Assembly (NCBI GenBank): GCA_963769515.1
Contig: CAVYMG010000015.1
Coordinates: 3,450 to 67,449 of the forward strand
Source: an uncultured Actinomycetota bacterium
Lineage (GTDB): Bacteria; Actinomycetota; Actinomycetes; Actinomycetales; Micrococcaceae
Length of the DNA: 64,000 nt
Direction: 5' to 3'
Below the pieces are notes generated by a model that saw nothing but the letters and a program-made list of their open reading frames with translations, did no database searches and was not told where the DNA came from. The position numbers and the translations under genes were made by a program. Positions 16,576 to 27,508 of this stretch are shown here, in pieces; positions within the stretch are counted from its first letter, which is position 1; each line of letters opens with the position of its first letter.

Positions 16576-18279
16576 TCAGCGCCGCCGGCGCCGCCTCGAT
16601 GAAGTCCCGAAGACCCCGCGTAACAACTCGCGGCCCAACTGGGTACCGAGTGAACGGGCCATGCTCTGGAGTCCGCCGCCGAGGGCGCCGCCGAGCACGC
16701 CGGCGAAGTCGCCCCGGGCGCCGGGCTCCGGGCGGGGCTGCCGGGGCTGCGGTGCCGCGCGGCCGCTTGACGGCGCGGGTGCCGATGACGGTGCCGGGGC
16801 AGGCCGGCGGCTGGGACGGCCCAGGATGTCCTCCTCGATTCGCCGGGCCTCGGCATCCACGGCGTCATGGTCGGGGCTGCTACGGTCATCGTCTGCGGTG
16901 CCGCGGCCGGTCAGGTCCCCGGCCGAAGCGGCTTTGGCGAGTCTTTCGTACGCGGAGACGTTGTCCACCGGCGTGCCATAGGCCGGGAGGAGGCTGGAAG
17001 CGGCCACGATCCCGGCAATCAGGGCGTCTCCGCTGGGACCCATGACGGATTCCGGAGCCCGCAGACGGGTCAGGGCGACGGGCGTGGGCGCACCGCGTTC
17101 ATTCATGACGGTGATGACGGCCTCACCGATCCCGGCCGTCGTGAGGGTCTCCGCAAGATCGTAGTCGCTGAGCGGGAACGTGGAGACTGTGGCCTTGAGG
17201 GCCTTGGCGTCGTCCGGCGTGAAGGCGCGGAGGGCATGCTGGATCCGGTTGGCGAGCTGGCCCAGCACATCGCCCGGGACATCTTTGGGCGTCTGGGTGA
17301 CGAAGAAGATGCCCACCCCCTTGGACCGGATCAGCCGCACGGTGGTGGTGATGGCGGCGAGAAAGGCTTTGGAAGCGTCCTTGAAGAGCAGGTGGGCTTC
17401 GTCCAGGAAAAACACGAGCTTGGGCTTGTCCAGGTCGCCGACCTCCGGCAAATCCTCGAAGAGGTCCGCGAGGAGCCACATCAGGAACGTGGAGAAGAGC
17501 AGGGGCCTGGTCTGCAGCGTGGGAAGTTCCAGACAGCTGACGACGCCGTGCCCGTCGGCGGTGGTGCGCAGCAGTTCCGCCGTGTCGAATTCGGGCTCGC
17601 CGAAGAATTTCTCCATGCCGTGCGCCTCAAGCGTGATGAGTTCGCGCAGGATGACTCCGGCGGTGGCCTTTGAGAGGCCGCCCAGCTCCGTGAGCTTTTC
17701 CTTGCCGTCGTCCGAGGTGAGGAACTGGATGACCGCGCGCAGGTCTTTGAGGTCGATCAGTTCCAGGTTGTTTTTGTCAGCGAAGTGGAAGATCAGCTGC
17801 AGGCTGGATTCCTGGGTGTCGTTGAGCTCCATGATCCGGGAGAGCAGGATGGGCCCGAACGAGGTGATGGTCGCGCGGACCGGAATGCCGTTGCCGTCCC
17901 CGCCGAGGGCCAGGAATTCCACCGGGAAGGCCTTGCCTGACCACGGCTGGCCGAGGCTCTCGGTCCGGGCACGGAGTTTTTCGCTTCCCGTGGCGGCCGT
18001 GGCCAGACCGGAGAGGTCGCCCTTGATGTCGGCCAGGAAGACCGGGACCCCGGCAGCCGAGAGCTGTTCGGCCATCATGTGCAGGGTGACGGTTTTGCCG
18101 GTCCCGGTGGCCCCGGCGACGAGGCCGTGCCGGTTCATCATCGCCAGGGGGAGCCGGACTTTGGCTTCGTTGTGCAGCTCACCGTCGACGATCGCCGCGC
18201 CAAGTTCAATCGTGGGGCCCGCCAGGGCGTAGCCCTGCTGGATGGTGGCGACCTTGTCGGCAGTGGATTTGATGGCCAT
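16576..18279 (-). CDS. HerA/FtsK-like ATPase (DUF853 family)
   Basis: MMNRHGLVAGATGTGKT Walker A, VFFLDEAH Walker B, RSKGVGIFFVTQ. Confidence 0.88.
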   Translation of the reverse strand: MAIKSTADKVATIQQGYALAGPTIELGAAIVDGELHNEAKVRLPLAMMNRHGLVAGATGTGKTVTLHMMAEQLSAAGVPVFLADIKGDLSGLATAATGSEKLRARTESLGQPWSGKAFPVEFLALGGDGNGIPVRATITSFGPILLSRIMELNDTQESSLQLIFHFADKNNLELIDLKDLRAVIQFLTSDDGKEKLTELGGLSKATAGVILRELITLEAHGMEKFFGEPEFDTAELLRTTADGHGVVSCLELPTLQTRPLLFSTFLMWLLADLFEDLPEVGDLDKPKLVFFLDEAHLLFKDASKAFLAAITTTVRLIRSKGVGIFFVTQTPKDVPGDVLGQLANRIQHALRAFTPDDAKALKATVSTFPLSDYDLAETLTTAGIGEAVITVMNERGAPTPVALTRLRAPESVMGPSGDALIAGIVAASSLLPAYGTPVDNVSAYERLAKAASAGDLTGRGTADDDRSSPDHDAVDAEARRIEEDILGRPSRRPAPAPSSAPAPSSGRAAPQPRQPRPEPGARGDFAGVLGGALGGGLQSMARSLGTQLGRELLRGVFGTSSRRRRRR

Positions 18280-18329
18280 GCGGCCAGCTTAGCCGGGTCC
18301 GGCGGTTCCGGACCCGGCTGCGGTGGCAC

Positions 18330-19031
18330 TTATTCGGCGAGGGCCTTGATGACTTCGTTGGCGACGTCCTCGCTGGACTGCGGGTTCTGGCCGCTGATGA
18401 GGTTGCCGTCACGGACCACGTTGGGTCCCCAGGCAGCGCCGTTTTCGATGATGGCACCGTTGTCCTTCAGGACCTCTTCGACGAACCAGGGCGTGTTGGG
18501 GCCGGTGCCGCCGTTGAGTTCTTCTTCGTCCGTGAAGACGGTGAGGCGGCGGCCGGAAAACGCATAGCTGCCGTCGCTGGCCTTGGCACTGAGCAGACCG
18601 GCCGGGCCGTGGCAGAACGGTGCGATGACCTTGCCGGCCTTGTCCGTGGCGACGAGGAGCCGGCCGAGATCAGCGTCCTGGTAAAGGTCCGCCATGGGGC
18701 CGTGGCCACCGGGCATTACGACGGCGTCGTAGGCGTCGGCGTCGACGTCGGCGAGCACGAGCGGCGCGGACAGCTCAGCGTCGATGGCGTCAATGTAGTT
18801 CCGGAATCCGTCCGCCCGCTCCTGGCCGCCGGCTGATTCGGCGGCGAGACTGACCTGGTCGACGGTGGGCTTGACCCCGCCGGGGGTGGCAATGTGGACG
18901 GTGTGGCCGGCATTGATCAGCGACTGGTGCGAGACGACCAGTTCCTCCGCCCAATAGCCGGTGGGGTGTTCGCTGCCGTCGCGCATGGTGAGGGAATCGG
19001 CGCCGGATACGACCATCAGAATGTTAGCCAT
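18330..19031 (-). CDS. DJ-1/PfpI (Hsp31-like) type 1 glutamine amidotransferase-like protein
   Basis: TGYWAEEL, PGGHGPM, FCHGP nucleophile, ISGQNPQSS; ATG 19031 chosen because of an AGGAG RBS. Confidence 0.88.
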   Translation of the reverse strand: MANILMVVSGADSLTMRDGSEHPTGYWAEELVVSHQSLINAGHTVHIATPGGVKPTVDQVSLAAESAGGQERADGFRNYIDAIDAELSAPLVLADVDADAYDAVVMPGGHGPMADLYQDADLGRLLVATDKAGKVIAPFCHGPAGLLSAKASDGSYAFSGRRLTVFTDEEELNGGTGPNTPWFVEEVLKDNGAIIENGAAWGPNVVRDGNLISGQNPQSSEDVANEVIKALAE

Positions 19032-19291
19032 GGTGTTGCTCCTGTTCTGCCGGCACCCGGAGGGCCGGCGAGGGTTGGATAGCGGACGCCGGATTACGGC
19101 ATCCGTGCAGTTGCACGCAGCCGGAATCGGCCGCCCGCGCGTGCGGTGGGCTCTTGTGGCTCCCAGAGGCGGCAACTCCCATCCGGCCGCGACTATTCCG
19201 CCCGGTGATTCACGTCATGCAGTCCCTTCCGGAATGCGCGGGCGTGACGGGGGTCCTCGCCCGGCAAAGACCGGCGCCCTAGACTGGGGGC

Positions 19292-20098
19292 ATGCTCTCA
19301 TCTTTGACGCGGCTCGCACTCACGGTGACCACGGTGCTGGGCCTCGTCCTGGCAGGCGTTGGCCCGGCCTCCGCCGCCCCGGCGCGGTCCGCGGACCCGG
19401 TCGGTGTCGACGTGTCCTGGCCCCAATGCGGCCAGGCCCTGCCCAAGCAGCTGGCCTTCGCCGTGGTGGGCGTCAACAACGGTCTCGCCAACACCACCAA
19501 CCCCTGCCTGGCCGAACAACTCAAGTGGGCGCGCACGGCGACGAAGTATGCCCCGAGCTCGGCGCAGCCGCGGGTGGCGCTCTACGTCAACACAGCCAAC
19601 CCCGGGCTGCAGGGTTCATGGTGGCCCACGTCGAACACCTATAAGGGCAAGCGGGTGAGCAACCCCTACGGGAACTGCGCACTTCGCACGTTCAAGGCCT
19701 GCTCCTACATGTACGGATACGCCAAGGCCTACGACGACGCCAAACTCCGCGGGATCACGAAGCCGACGTCGTATTTCTGGTGGCTGGACGTGGAGACGGA
19801 AAACAGCTGGCAGCGCAGCAAAGCGGCCAACGTTGCCGTCCTCGAAGGGATGGCAACGTACTTCCAGGGCATTGGCGCGCCCGTGGGCATCTACTCCACC
19901 GGATACCAGTGGAACCAGATCGCCGGCACCGTCAAAGACACGAGTCCGCTGGCCGGGCTGCCCAGCTGGCTCGCCGGCGCCCGGTCGCTCGCGGACGCCA
20001 AGGCCAAGTGCGCCCTTCCCGCGCTCACCCCCGGCAGCGAGGTATCGATGGTGCAGTACGTGTCCAAGGGACTGGACTACAACGTCTCCTGCCGCTGA
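19292..20098 (+). CDS. Secreted GH25-like (muramidase-like) protein
   Basis: Signal peptide; GVDVSWPQC, WWLDVET (DxE), GIYST, WLA and QY motifs in GH25-like order. Confidence 0.6.
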   Translation: MLSSLTRLALTVTTVLGLVLAGVGPASAAPARSADPVGVDVSWPQCGQALPKQLAFAVVGVNNGLANTTNPCLAEQLKWARTATKYAPSSAQPRVALYVNTANPGLQGSWWPTSNTYKGKRVSNPYGNCALRTFKACSYMYGYAKAYDDAKLRGITKPTSYFWWLDVETENSWQRSKAANVAVLEGMATYFQGIGAPVGIYSTGYQWNQIAGTVKDTSPLAGLPSWLAGARSLADAKAKCALPALTPGSEVSMVQYVSKGLDYNVSCR

Positions 20099-20240
20099 GA
20101 CCCCCGGTGCGGGGCTGGTCCGGCAGCGCGGAAGAAATAACCCGGGGCCGGCGGTGGTTGTCTTACATGTGCGCCGCGCCGGAGCCCCTTGCGGGTTCGC
20201 GCGGGCGCTGACAACCCCGTAATGAAAGGCCGGTTTTTCC

Positions 20241-21230
20241 GTGACTGTTCCGCTTTCCATCCTTGACCTGGCCACCATCGGCAAGGGCCAGACAGCGGCG
20301 GACAGCTTCGCCGGCAGCGTTGCCATGGCACAGCTGGCGGAAGAGCTCGGCTACCGGAGAATCTGGTATGCCGAGCACCACAATATGTCCGCGATCGCAT
20401 CCTCCGCGACCAGCGTCCTGATTGCCCATGTCGCCGCGCACACCTCCCGCATCCGGCTCGGTGCCGGCGGCGTCATGTTGCCCAACCATTCCCCGCTAAC
20501 CATCGCGGAACAGTTCGGCACCTTGGAAACACTGCACCCGGGCCGCATTGACCTGGGCCTGGGCCGGGCCCCCGGGAGCGACCAGACCACGATGCGGGCC
20601 CTCCGCCGTGACCCGGCATCGTCGGACAGCTTCCCGCAGGACGTGCTGGAACTGCAGGGCTACCTGACCGGTCCCACCCGCATCCCGGGCGTCGAGGCCG
20701 TCCCCGGCAAGGGCACGGACGTACCGCTGTACATCCTCGGATCATCGCTGTTCGGAGCGAAGCTGGCCGCGCAGCTTGGCCTGCCCTACGCCTTTGCCTC
20801 GCACTTCGCGCCCAACGCCCTGCAGGACGCTGTCGCGGCCTACCGGCGCGACTTCAGGGCCTCGGCGCAGCTTGATGCCCCGCACGTGATCGCGGGAGTC
20901 AACGTCATCGCCGCCGATTCCGCGGCCGAGGCGCAGTCCATGTTCCAAGCGACTAAGCGCGCCCGGGTGTCGCTGTTCTTCGGCAACGGCAGGGTCTTCA
21001 GTGATGACGAGGCGGATATGATCCTGGACTCGCCGCAGGGCCAGCATGTGTCCCAAATGATGACGTACTCGGCCGTCGGCACGCCGGACGCCGTGCGCGA
21101 GTACTTGGACGGGTTTGCCGCCCATGCCGATGCCGATGAACTGATGGTCGCGCACCAGAGCACGGGCACGGAGGGACGGCTTCGCTCCGTGCAGCTCCTG
21201 GCCGAGGCCACCGGGCTCGTCCGGGTTTAG
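20241..21230 (+). CDS. LLM class flavin-dependent oxidoreductase (luciferase-like)
   Basis: [35 protein letters not shown]. Confidence 0.9.
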   Translation: MTVPLSILDLATIGKGQTAADSFAGSVAMAQLAEELGYRRIWYAEHHNMSAIASSATSVLIAHVAAHTSRIRLGAGGVMLPNHSPLTIAEQFGTLETLHPGRIDLGLGRAPGSDQTTMRALRRDPASSDSFPQDVLELQGYLTGPTRIPGVEAVPGKGTDVPLYILGSSLFGAKLAAQLGLPYAFASHFAPNALQDAVAAYRRDFRASAQLDAPHVIAGVNVIAADSAAEAQSMFQATKRARVSLFFGNGRVFSDDEADMILDSPQGQHVSQMMTYSAVGTPDAVREYLDGFAAHADADELMVAHQSTGTEGRLRSVQLLAEATGLVRV

Positions 21231-21240
21231 AAAGGCCGGC

Positions 21241-22356
<1,116 letters not shown>

Positions 22357-22357
22357 G

Positions 22358-24589
22358 CTAGCCACGCGCCCCGGCCGCGTCAGGAGTCTGCGGACCGGCA
22401 GGCGCAACCGCGCGGACGTTCAGGAGTACCCCGTGTTCCGGATTCAGGACCGGCATCGGCAGCCCGGCCTCGGCCAGGAACCGGCCGGTGGCCTCGATGC
22501 CGGAGGACACCCACGCCGGGGGATGGACCTGCGTGAAGGTGTGGCCCTGGCCGGCGGCCGGGTAGACCAGTTCGACGCGGTAGGTCGTGGCCGGTGCCAG
22601 GCCGGGCAGCGCCACGTGACCGGGGACCTCGGAGAACGACGTCGCCACGGACACGAGCGCGAACAGCGCCTCCTCGCCGTCGGGGGAGACGACGCCGTGC
22701 AGCAGCAGGGACGGATCGGGCTCGTCGGCGCGGACCATGCGGCCACTGTGCAGCAAGCCGCGTTTGTCCTTGTAGAGTTCGATCGCCGCCGCGAGCTCCC
22801 CGCGCTCGCTGGCATTGAGCTGGCGGAGATCCCACTCCATGCCGAAGTGCCCAAAGAGCGCCGTGAGGGCGCGGAAGGACAGTTCGTGGGTGCGGGCCGT
22901 GGTGTGCGAGGTGGTCGGGCCGATATGCGAGCCCACGAGTTCCGGCGGCACCACCATGCCGGTCCACCGCTGGATCGTCTGGCGTTCCAGGGCGTCGTTG
23001 CAGTCCGAACCCCAGACCCGGTCCGTGCGTTCCAGGATGCCAAGGTCCACCCGGGCACCCCCGGAGGAGCAGCTTTCGATTTCGACGCCGGGGTGGGCCT
23101 TGCGCAGTGCATCCAGCAGCCGGTAGACCGCCAGCGTCTGGGCATGGACCGAGGCCGCGCCGTTGTGGCCCATCTCTGTCAGGTCCCGGTTCTGGTCCCA
23201 TTTGAGGTAGCTGATCCGGTTGGAGCTCAGGAGGTCATCCAACCGGTCATAGATGTACTGCCAGGCCTCCGGGTTGACCAGGTCCAGAACCTGCTGGTTG
23301 CGCCAGCGTTCCGGCAGCCGTCCCGTGGCGGTGTCCGGCCGGGCCGGACCGGAGATCCAGTCCGGGTGGGCGCGGGCCAGATCGGAATCCTCGTTGATCA
23401 TTTCGGGTTCGACCCACAGCCCGAACTCCATGCCGTGCCCGGTGACGGCGTCGATCAGTGGGGTCAGGCCGTCCGGCCAGAGCTCATCGTCGATGTACCA
23501 GTCGCCGAGGCCGGCCTGGTCGTTGCGGCGGTGACGGAACCAGCCGTCGTCGAGGACGTACCGTTCGACGCCGAGCGCAGCGGCGGCTTCCGCCAGCTCG
23601 AGCAGGACGGGCAGCCGGTGGTCGAAGTAGACGGCCTCCCAGACGTTGAGCACCACGGGCCGGGGTTTGCCGGAGCGCGCGCCGGGGTGGTGCGGGCGGG
23701 CACGGAACCAGGCGTAGAACGCTTCGCTGATGCCGTCCAGGCCGGCGTCGGAATAGGCGGCGAAGAGCCACGGCGTCTCGTACGTTCCGCCGGGTTCCAG
23801 GGTGATCTCGGCCGGGCCGAGCAGTTCGGCGGCGCCAATAACGGACCGGCCGTCGCCGATGGTGTCGATGAAGCTCTCGTGGTTCCCGCTCCAGCCCAGG
23901 TGCACGGCCCAGACCTGGCCGTGCCGGTTGCCGAAGTTCGCCGTGCCCGCGGCCAATAGCAGCGACGCGTCGTGGCCGGTACGCCCGTGCCGGCCCGAGC
24001 GTACCCAGGTGCCCTGACGCAGCGGGAGCCGCTGCGGGTGGGATTCGCGGCACCAGCGGCCGGTCAGGTCCAGGACCTCGGTCGCCGGACGGCCCAGCGG
24101 CAGCGTCAGGGCCAGTTCTTCCAGGGAATAGTTGTCGCTGCCCTCGTTGGCCAGAGTATGCCGGAGCTGCACCAGCCCGCCCTCATTGATCCGGATGTCG
24201 GTCCGGACGGTGATTCCGGCGGTGTCGTCGGCTTGCGTAATGACGGCGGAACTGGCGGCACCGCTATCCTCCAGCGTGGCCGACACAACCCGAAGCCGGG
24301 CCGAGAAAGCGCCGCCCTCCCGGTGCCCGCGAAGGCCGGGGCGTCCCCGCCAGCCGGAGGAACCCTGAGGAATGAGGCCCAGCGTCACGGGGATATCCAG
24401 GGCCGAGGGCGCCACGGGCGCACCCAGGAGGGTCAGATCCGGAAGGGCCGTCCCCAGATCGGCACCGAAGTGCAGGACAGCGGGTTCGCCGGTGCTGAAA
24501 TCGATCAGCAGCGCGGTCCCGGAGCGGCGCAGGTATAGCGGCTTGAGGGTGGTTGTGCCGGCGGCGGGGGTGGATTGCAGGACGGTCAA
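22358..24589 (-). CDS. Alpha-galactosidase, GH36
   Basis: NVWEA, VLDDGWF, FGLWVEPEM, YLKWDQNR, ESCSSGGAR, RVWGSD. Confidence 0.93.
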   Translation of the reverse strand: MTVLQSTPAAGTTTLKPLYLRRSGTALLIDFSTGEPAVLHFGADLGTALPDLTLLGAPVAPSALDIPVTLGLIPQGSSGWRGRPGLRGHREGGAFSARLRVVSATLEDSGAASSAVITQADDTAGITVRTDIRINEGGLVQLRHTLANEGSDNYSLEELALTLPLGRPATEVLDLTGRWCRESHPQRLPLRQGTWVRSGRHGRTGHDASLLLAAGTANFGNRHGQVWAVHLGWSGNHESFIDTIGDGRSVIGAAELLGPAEITLEPGGTYETPWLFAAYSDAGLDGISEAFYAWFRARPHHPGARSGKPRPVVLNVWEAVYFDHRLPVLLELAEAAAALGVERYVLDDGWFRHRRNDQAGLGDWYIDDELWPDGLTPLIDAVTGHGMEFGLWVEPEMINEDSDLARAHPDWISGPARPDTATGRLPERWRNQQVLDLVNPEAWQYIYDRLDDLLSSNRISYLKWDQNRDLTEMGHNGAASVHAQTLAVYRLLDALRKAHPGVEIESCSSGGARVDLGILERTDRVWGSDCNDALERQTIQRWTGMVVPPELVGSHIGPTTSHTTARTHELSFRALTALFGHFGMEWDLRQLNASERGELAAAIELYKDKRGLLHSGRMVRADEPDPSLLLHGVVSPDGEEALFALVSVATSFSEVPGHVALPGLAPATTYRVELVYPAAGQGHTFTQVHPPAWVSSGIEATGRFLAEAGLPMPVLNPEHGVLLNVRAVAPAGPQTPDAAGARG

Positions 24590-24671
24590 AGCAGCTCCAG
24601 GCGTAATCGTCAGGCGGCGGGCGCCCGGTTCGGGGAGGGGACAGGGATCAAAGCGGGTGGGGGATTACCGG

Positions 24672-25454
24672 TCAGCCGGCGGTGCCCAGCGTGGCCAGGC
24701 GCAGCCGGCCGACGCGTTCGCCGAGGATCCGCCGCGCTTCGCCGGGCAGGCCGTCGTCGCTGATGATTTCGTCGGCGTCTTCCAGGCCCGCGAAACTGCT
24801 GATCCCCAGCGTTCCCCATTTGGTGTGGTCGGCCAGGACCACGACGCGGCGGGCGGCCGCGACGAAGGCCCGGTTCGTTTCGGCTTCCAACACGTTGGGC
24901 GTGGTGAAGCCGGCCTCGGCGTCGACCCCGTGGACGCCGAGGAAGAGCACGTCCAGGTGGAGTTGGTGCAGGGCTGCGGTGGCGAGCGGCCCGACCAGCG
25001 CATCGGAGGGAGTGCGCTGGCCGCCGATGATGATCACGGTGGACTGCGAGCCGCCCGCCTGGAACGCGTCGGCGACGCGGATTGAGTTGGTGACCACGGT
25101 GATCCTCGGCCCGGCGGCGAGGAGTTGGGCGAGCGCCCACGTGGTGGTGCCGGCGCTGAGCCCCACCGCCATCCCTTCGCGCACCTGGGCCGCGGCCTCG
25201 CCGGCGATGGCCATCTTTTCGGCTTGCAGCTCAGTCGCTTTGAGTTCGAAGCCGGGCTCGTGGGTGCCGGCCCCGCCGGGCAGCTTCGCGCCGCCGTGGA
25301 TCTTCTCCAGCAGGCCCGCCGCGTCCAGTGCCTCGATGTCCCGCCGGACCGTCATGAGCGAGACGCCCAGCAACTGGGCCAGGTCAGCGACACGGACAAT
25401 CCGCTCACGCTGGACTTCGGCGACGATGGCGGAATGGCGGGCTGCAGCGAGCAT
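24672..25454 (-). CDS. DeoR/GlpR family transcriptional regulator
   Basis: VSLMTVRRDIEAL HTH, SAGTT, VVVLADHTK. Confidence 0.92.
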   Translation of the reverse strand: MLAAARHSAIVAEVQRERIVRVADLAQLLGVSLMTVRRDIEALDAAGLLEKIHGGAKLPGGAGTHEPGFELKATELQAEKMAIAGEAAAQVREGMAVGLSAGTTTWALAQLLAAGPRITVVTNSIRVADAFQAGGSQSTVIIIGGQRTPSDALVGPLATAALHQLHLDVLFLGVHGVDAEAGFTTPNVLEAETNRAFVAAARRVVVLADHTKWGTLGISSFAGLEDADEIISDDGLPGEARRILGERVGRLRLATLGTAG

Positions 25455-25552
25455 GTCTGGTCCTTACTGGCGGTGCGGGGTGATGGACGCAGCGCCGGAT
25501 CCGGGCCGCTGTGGGGGAGTGTGCCCGGTTCCGGCGGTATTGCTGTCCACGA

Positions 25553-26503
25553 TTATCCTTTACTCGAGCCGAGGGTCAGCCCGGCCACAAAGTGCTTCTG
25601 GAGCAGGAGATAGATCACCAGTGCCGGGATTGCCGTGATCATGGCGCCGGCTGCGATCAGGTTGTAATCGGAGAGGAACTGGCCCTGCAGGTTGTTGACG
25701 GCTGTGGTGAGCGGCAGGCGGTCTCCGCTCTGGAGGAACAGCAGCGGCCAGAAGAAGTCGTTATAGACAAAGATGACTTCCAGGGTGCCCATCGCGGCCA
25801 GTGCGGGCCGGCACAACGGGAGGATGATCTCCCAGTACTGGCGCCAGATGCCGGCGCCGTCGACGAGGGCCGCCTCGGTCAGTTCGTGCGAGAGCGCCTT
25901 CATGTAGTTCGAGAGGACGAAGGTGACGAAGCCGATCTGGAAGGCGGTGTCGACGGCGATTACCCCGATGTAGGTGTTCAGCAGGCTGCCGGAGTCGCTG
26001 ACGCTGTAGGGCAGTTCGGTGAGTTTGAACATCTGGAACAGCGGGGCCGCCAGGACCTGGGGCGGGAGCAGGTTGCCGGCGGTGAACATGATCAGGAGGG
26101 TGATGTTGAACTTCCAGTTCACCCGGCTGACCGCGAACGCCATCATCGAGGAGAAGAACAGGATCAGGATCACGGACGGGATGGTGATCAGTGCGGAGTT
26201 CCACGCGTACTGCGCGAAGCCGCCCTGGGTCCAGGCCCGGACGAAATTGTCGAAGTTGAAGGCTCCTTCGAAGCTGAAGTAGCCGTACTTGTCGGTGTCC
26301 GCCTTTGGCCGCAGCGAGGTGAAGATCGTCCACACGAGCGGAACAAGCCACATGACGGCGAGTACGATCAGGAAGATGTGGATGCCGTAGTGGTGCTTGG
26401 CGGGCTTCTTGTTGTTGCCGGGACGTCCGGGGGTGCCGTTTCCGGCTGACGTGGCTGGCTCGGTGCCGACGGTTGCGGCATGGGCCGGGTTGGTGATGCT
26501 CAT
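25553..26503 (-). CDS. Carbohydrate ABC transporter permease
   Basis: EAALVDGAG EAA loop, several TM helices. Confidence 0.92.
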   Translation of the reverse strand: MSITNPAHAATVGTEPATSAGNGTPGRPGNNKKPAKHHYGIHIFLIVLAVMWLVPLVWTIFTSLRPKADTDKYGYFSFEGAFNFDNFVRAWTQGGFAQYAWNSALITIPSVILILFFSSMMAFAVSRVNWKFNITLLIMFTAGNLLPPQVLAAPLFQMFKLTELPYSVSDSGSLLNTYIGVIAVDTAFQIGFVTFVLSNYMKALSHELTEAALVDGAGIWRQYWEIILPLCRPALAAMGTLEVIFVYNDFFWPLLFLQSGDRLPLTTAVNNLQGQFLSDYNLIAAGAMITAIPALVIYLLLQKHFVAGLTLGSSKG

Positions 26504-27453
26504 GCCTCTTTGTCCTTTCCGAAGGCGCGGGACAGGTAGAACGTAATGGGGACCAGCGAGATGACCAGGAGGATCACGGCCAGGGCAGACCCGACGCCGA
26601 TCACTTGTCCCTCGCCGACGAGGTTCTGGATCACGAGGGCGCTGATGAGTTCCAGGCCGTTGGTGCCGCGGTTGATGACGTAGACGATGTCGAAGGCGCG
26701 GAGGGACTCAATCACCGTGATGACGATGATGATGACGTTGACCGGGCGCATGGCCGGGAAGATGACCCGGAAGAAGGTCTGAACGGCGTTGGCGCCGTCG
26801 ATCTGTGCGGCTTCCCGGAGGGTGGGGTCGACGCCCTTGAGTCCGGCTAAGTACAGGATCATGACGTAGCCGGCGTGGCGCCAGGTGGCCGCGACCAGGG
26901 CGGCCCAGATATTGACGGACGAGTCGCCGAACCAGTCGACAGCCTGGGGCGTGCCGGCGGTACCGAGGAGGAAGTTCAGGAGGCCGCTGTCCCGGTTGTA
27001 GAAAAGCTGCCAGATCACGCCGACCAGGGCAAGGGAGAGCATCACGGGGGTGAAGAAGATGCTCTGGTAGATCTTGGAACCGCGGATGTTCTGATCCAAC
27101 AGGATGGCCAGCAGGAGACCCAGAGGCGTGGCGATGAGGGCGAGGAAGGCCAACCACAGCACGTTGTGCTGGACCGCGGGCCAGAACGGGGGATAATTCT
27201 GCGCAATGAACTCGTAGTTGTCCACGCCCGCAGGCTTGATGTCCTCCAGGCTCAGACCGTTCCACCGGGTGAAGGACAGGGCAGCGGAGAGCAGTGTCGG
27301 GATCCAGACCAGCGTCAGCTGAATCAGCGTGGGCAGGCCGACCATAAAGGCCAGAACCCACTTATCACGGCGGGACAGCCGCTTGACCCGCCCCGCCGGG
27401 GCGGCGGCAGGCCGCTGCGCCCGGGCGGGGCTCTTATCGGTTGAGGTAGTCAC
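26500..27453 (-). CDS. Carbohydrate ABC transporter permease
   Basis: EAAQIDGAN EAA loop; 4-nt overlap with the next gene. Confidence 0.92.
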   Translation of the reverse strand: MTTSTDKSPARAQRPAAAPAGRVKRLSRRDKWVLAFMVGLPTLIQLTLVWIPTLLSAALSFTRWNGLSLEDIKPAGVDNYEFIAQNYPPFWPAVQHNVLWLAFLALIATPLGLLLAILLDQNIRGSKIYQSIFFTPVMLSLALVGVIWQLFYNRDSGLLNFLLGTAGTPQAVDWFGDSSVNIWAALVAATWRHAGYVMILYLAGLKGVDPTLREAAQIDGANAVQTFFRVIFPAMRPVNVIIIVITVIESLRAFDIVYVINRGTNGLELISALVIQNLVGEGQVIGVGSALAVILLVISLVPITFYLSRAFGKDKEA

Positions 27454-27508
27454 AAAACTATTCCTTGCTTGGTTTGTTCTGGCTCGTTGTGGCCGGGTGG
27501 CGTTGCCG

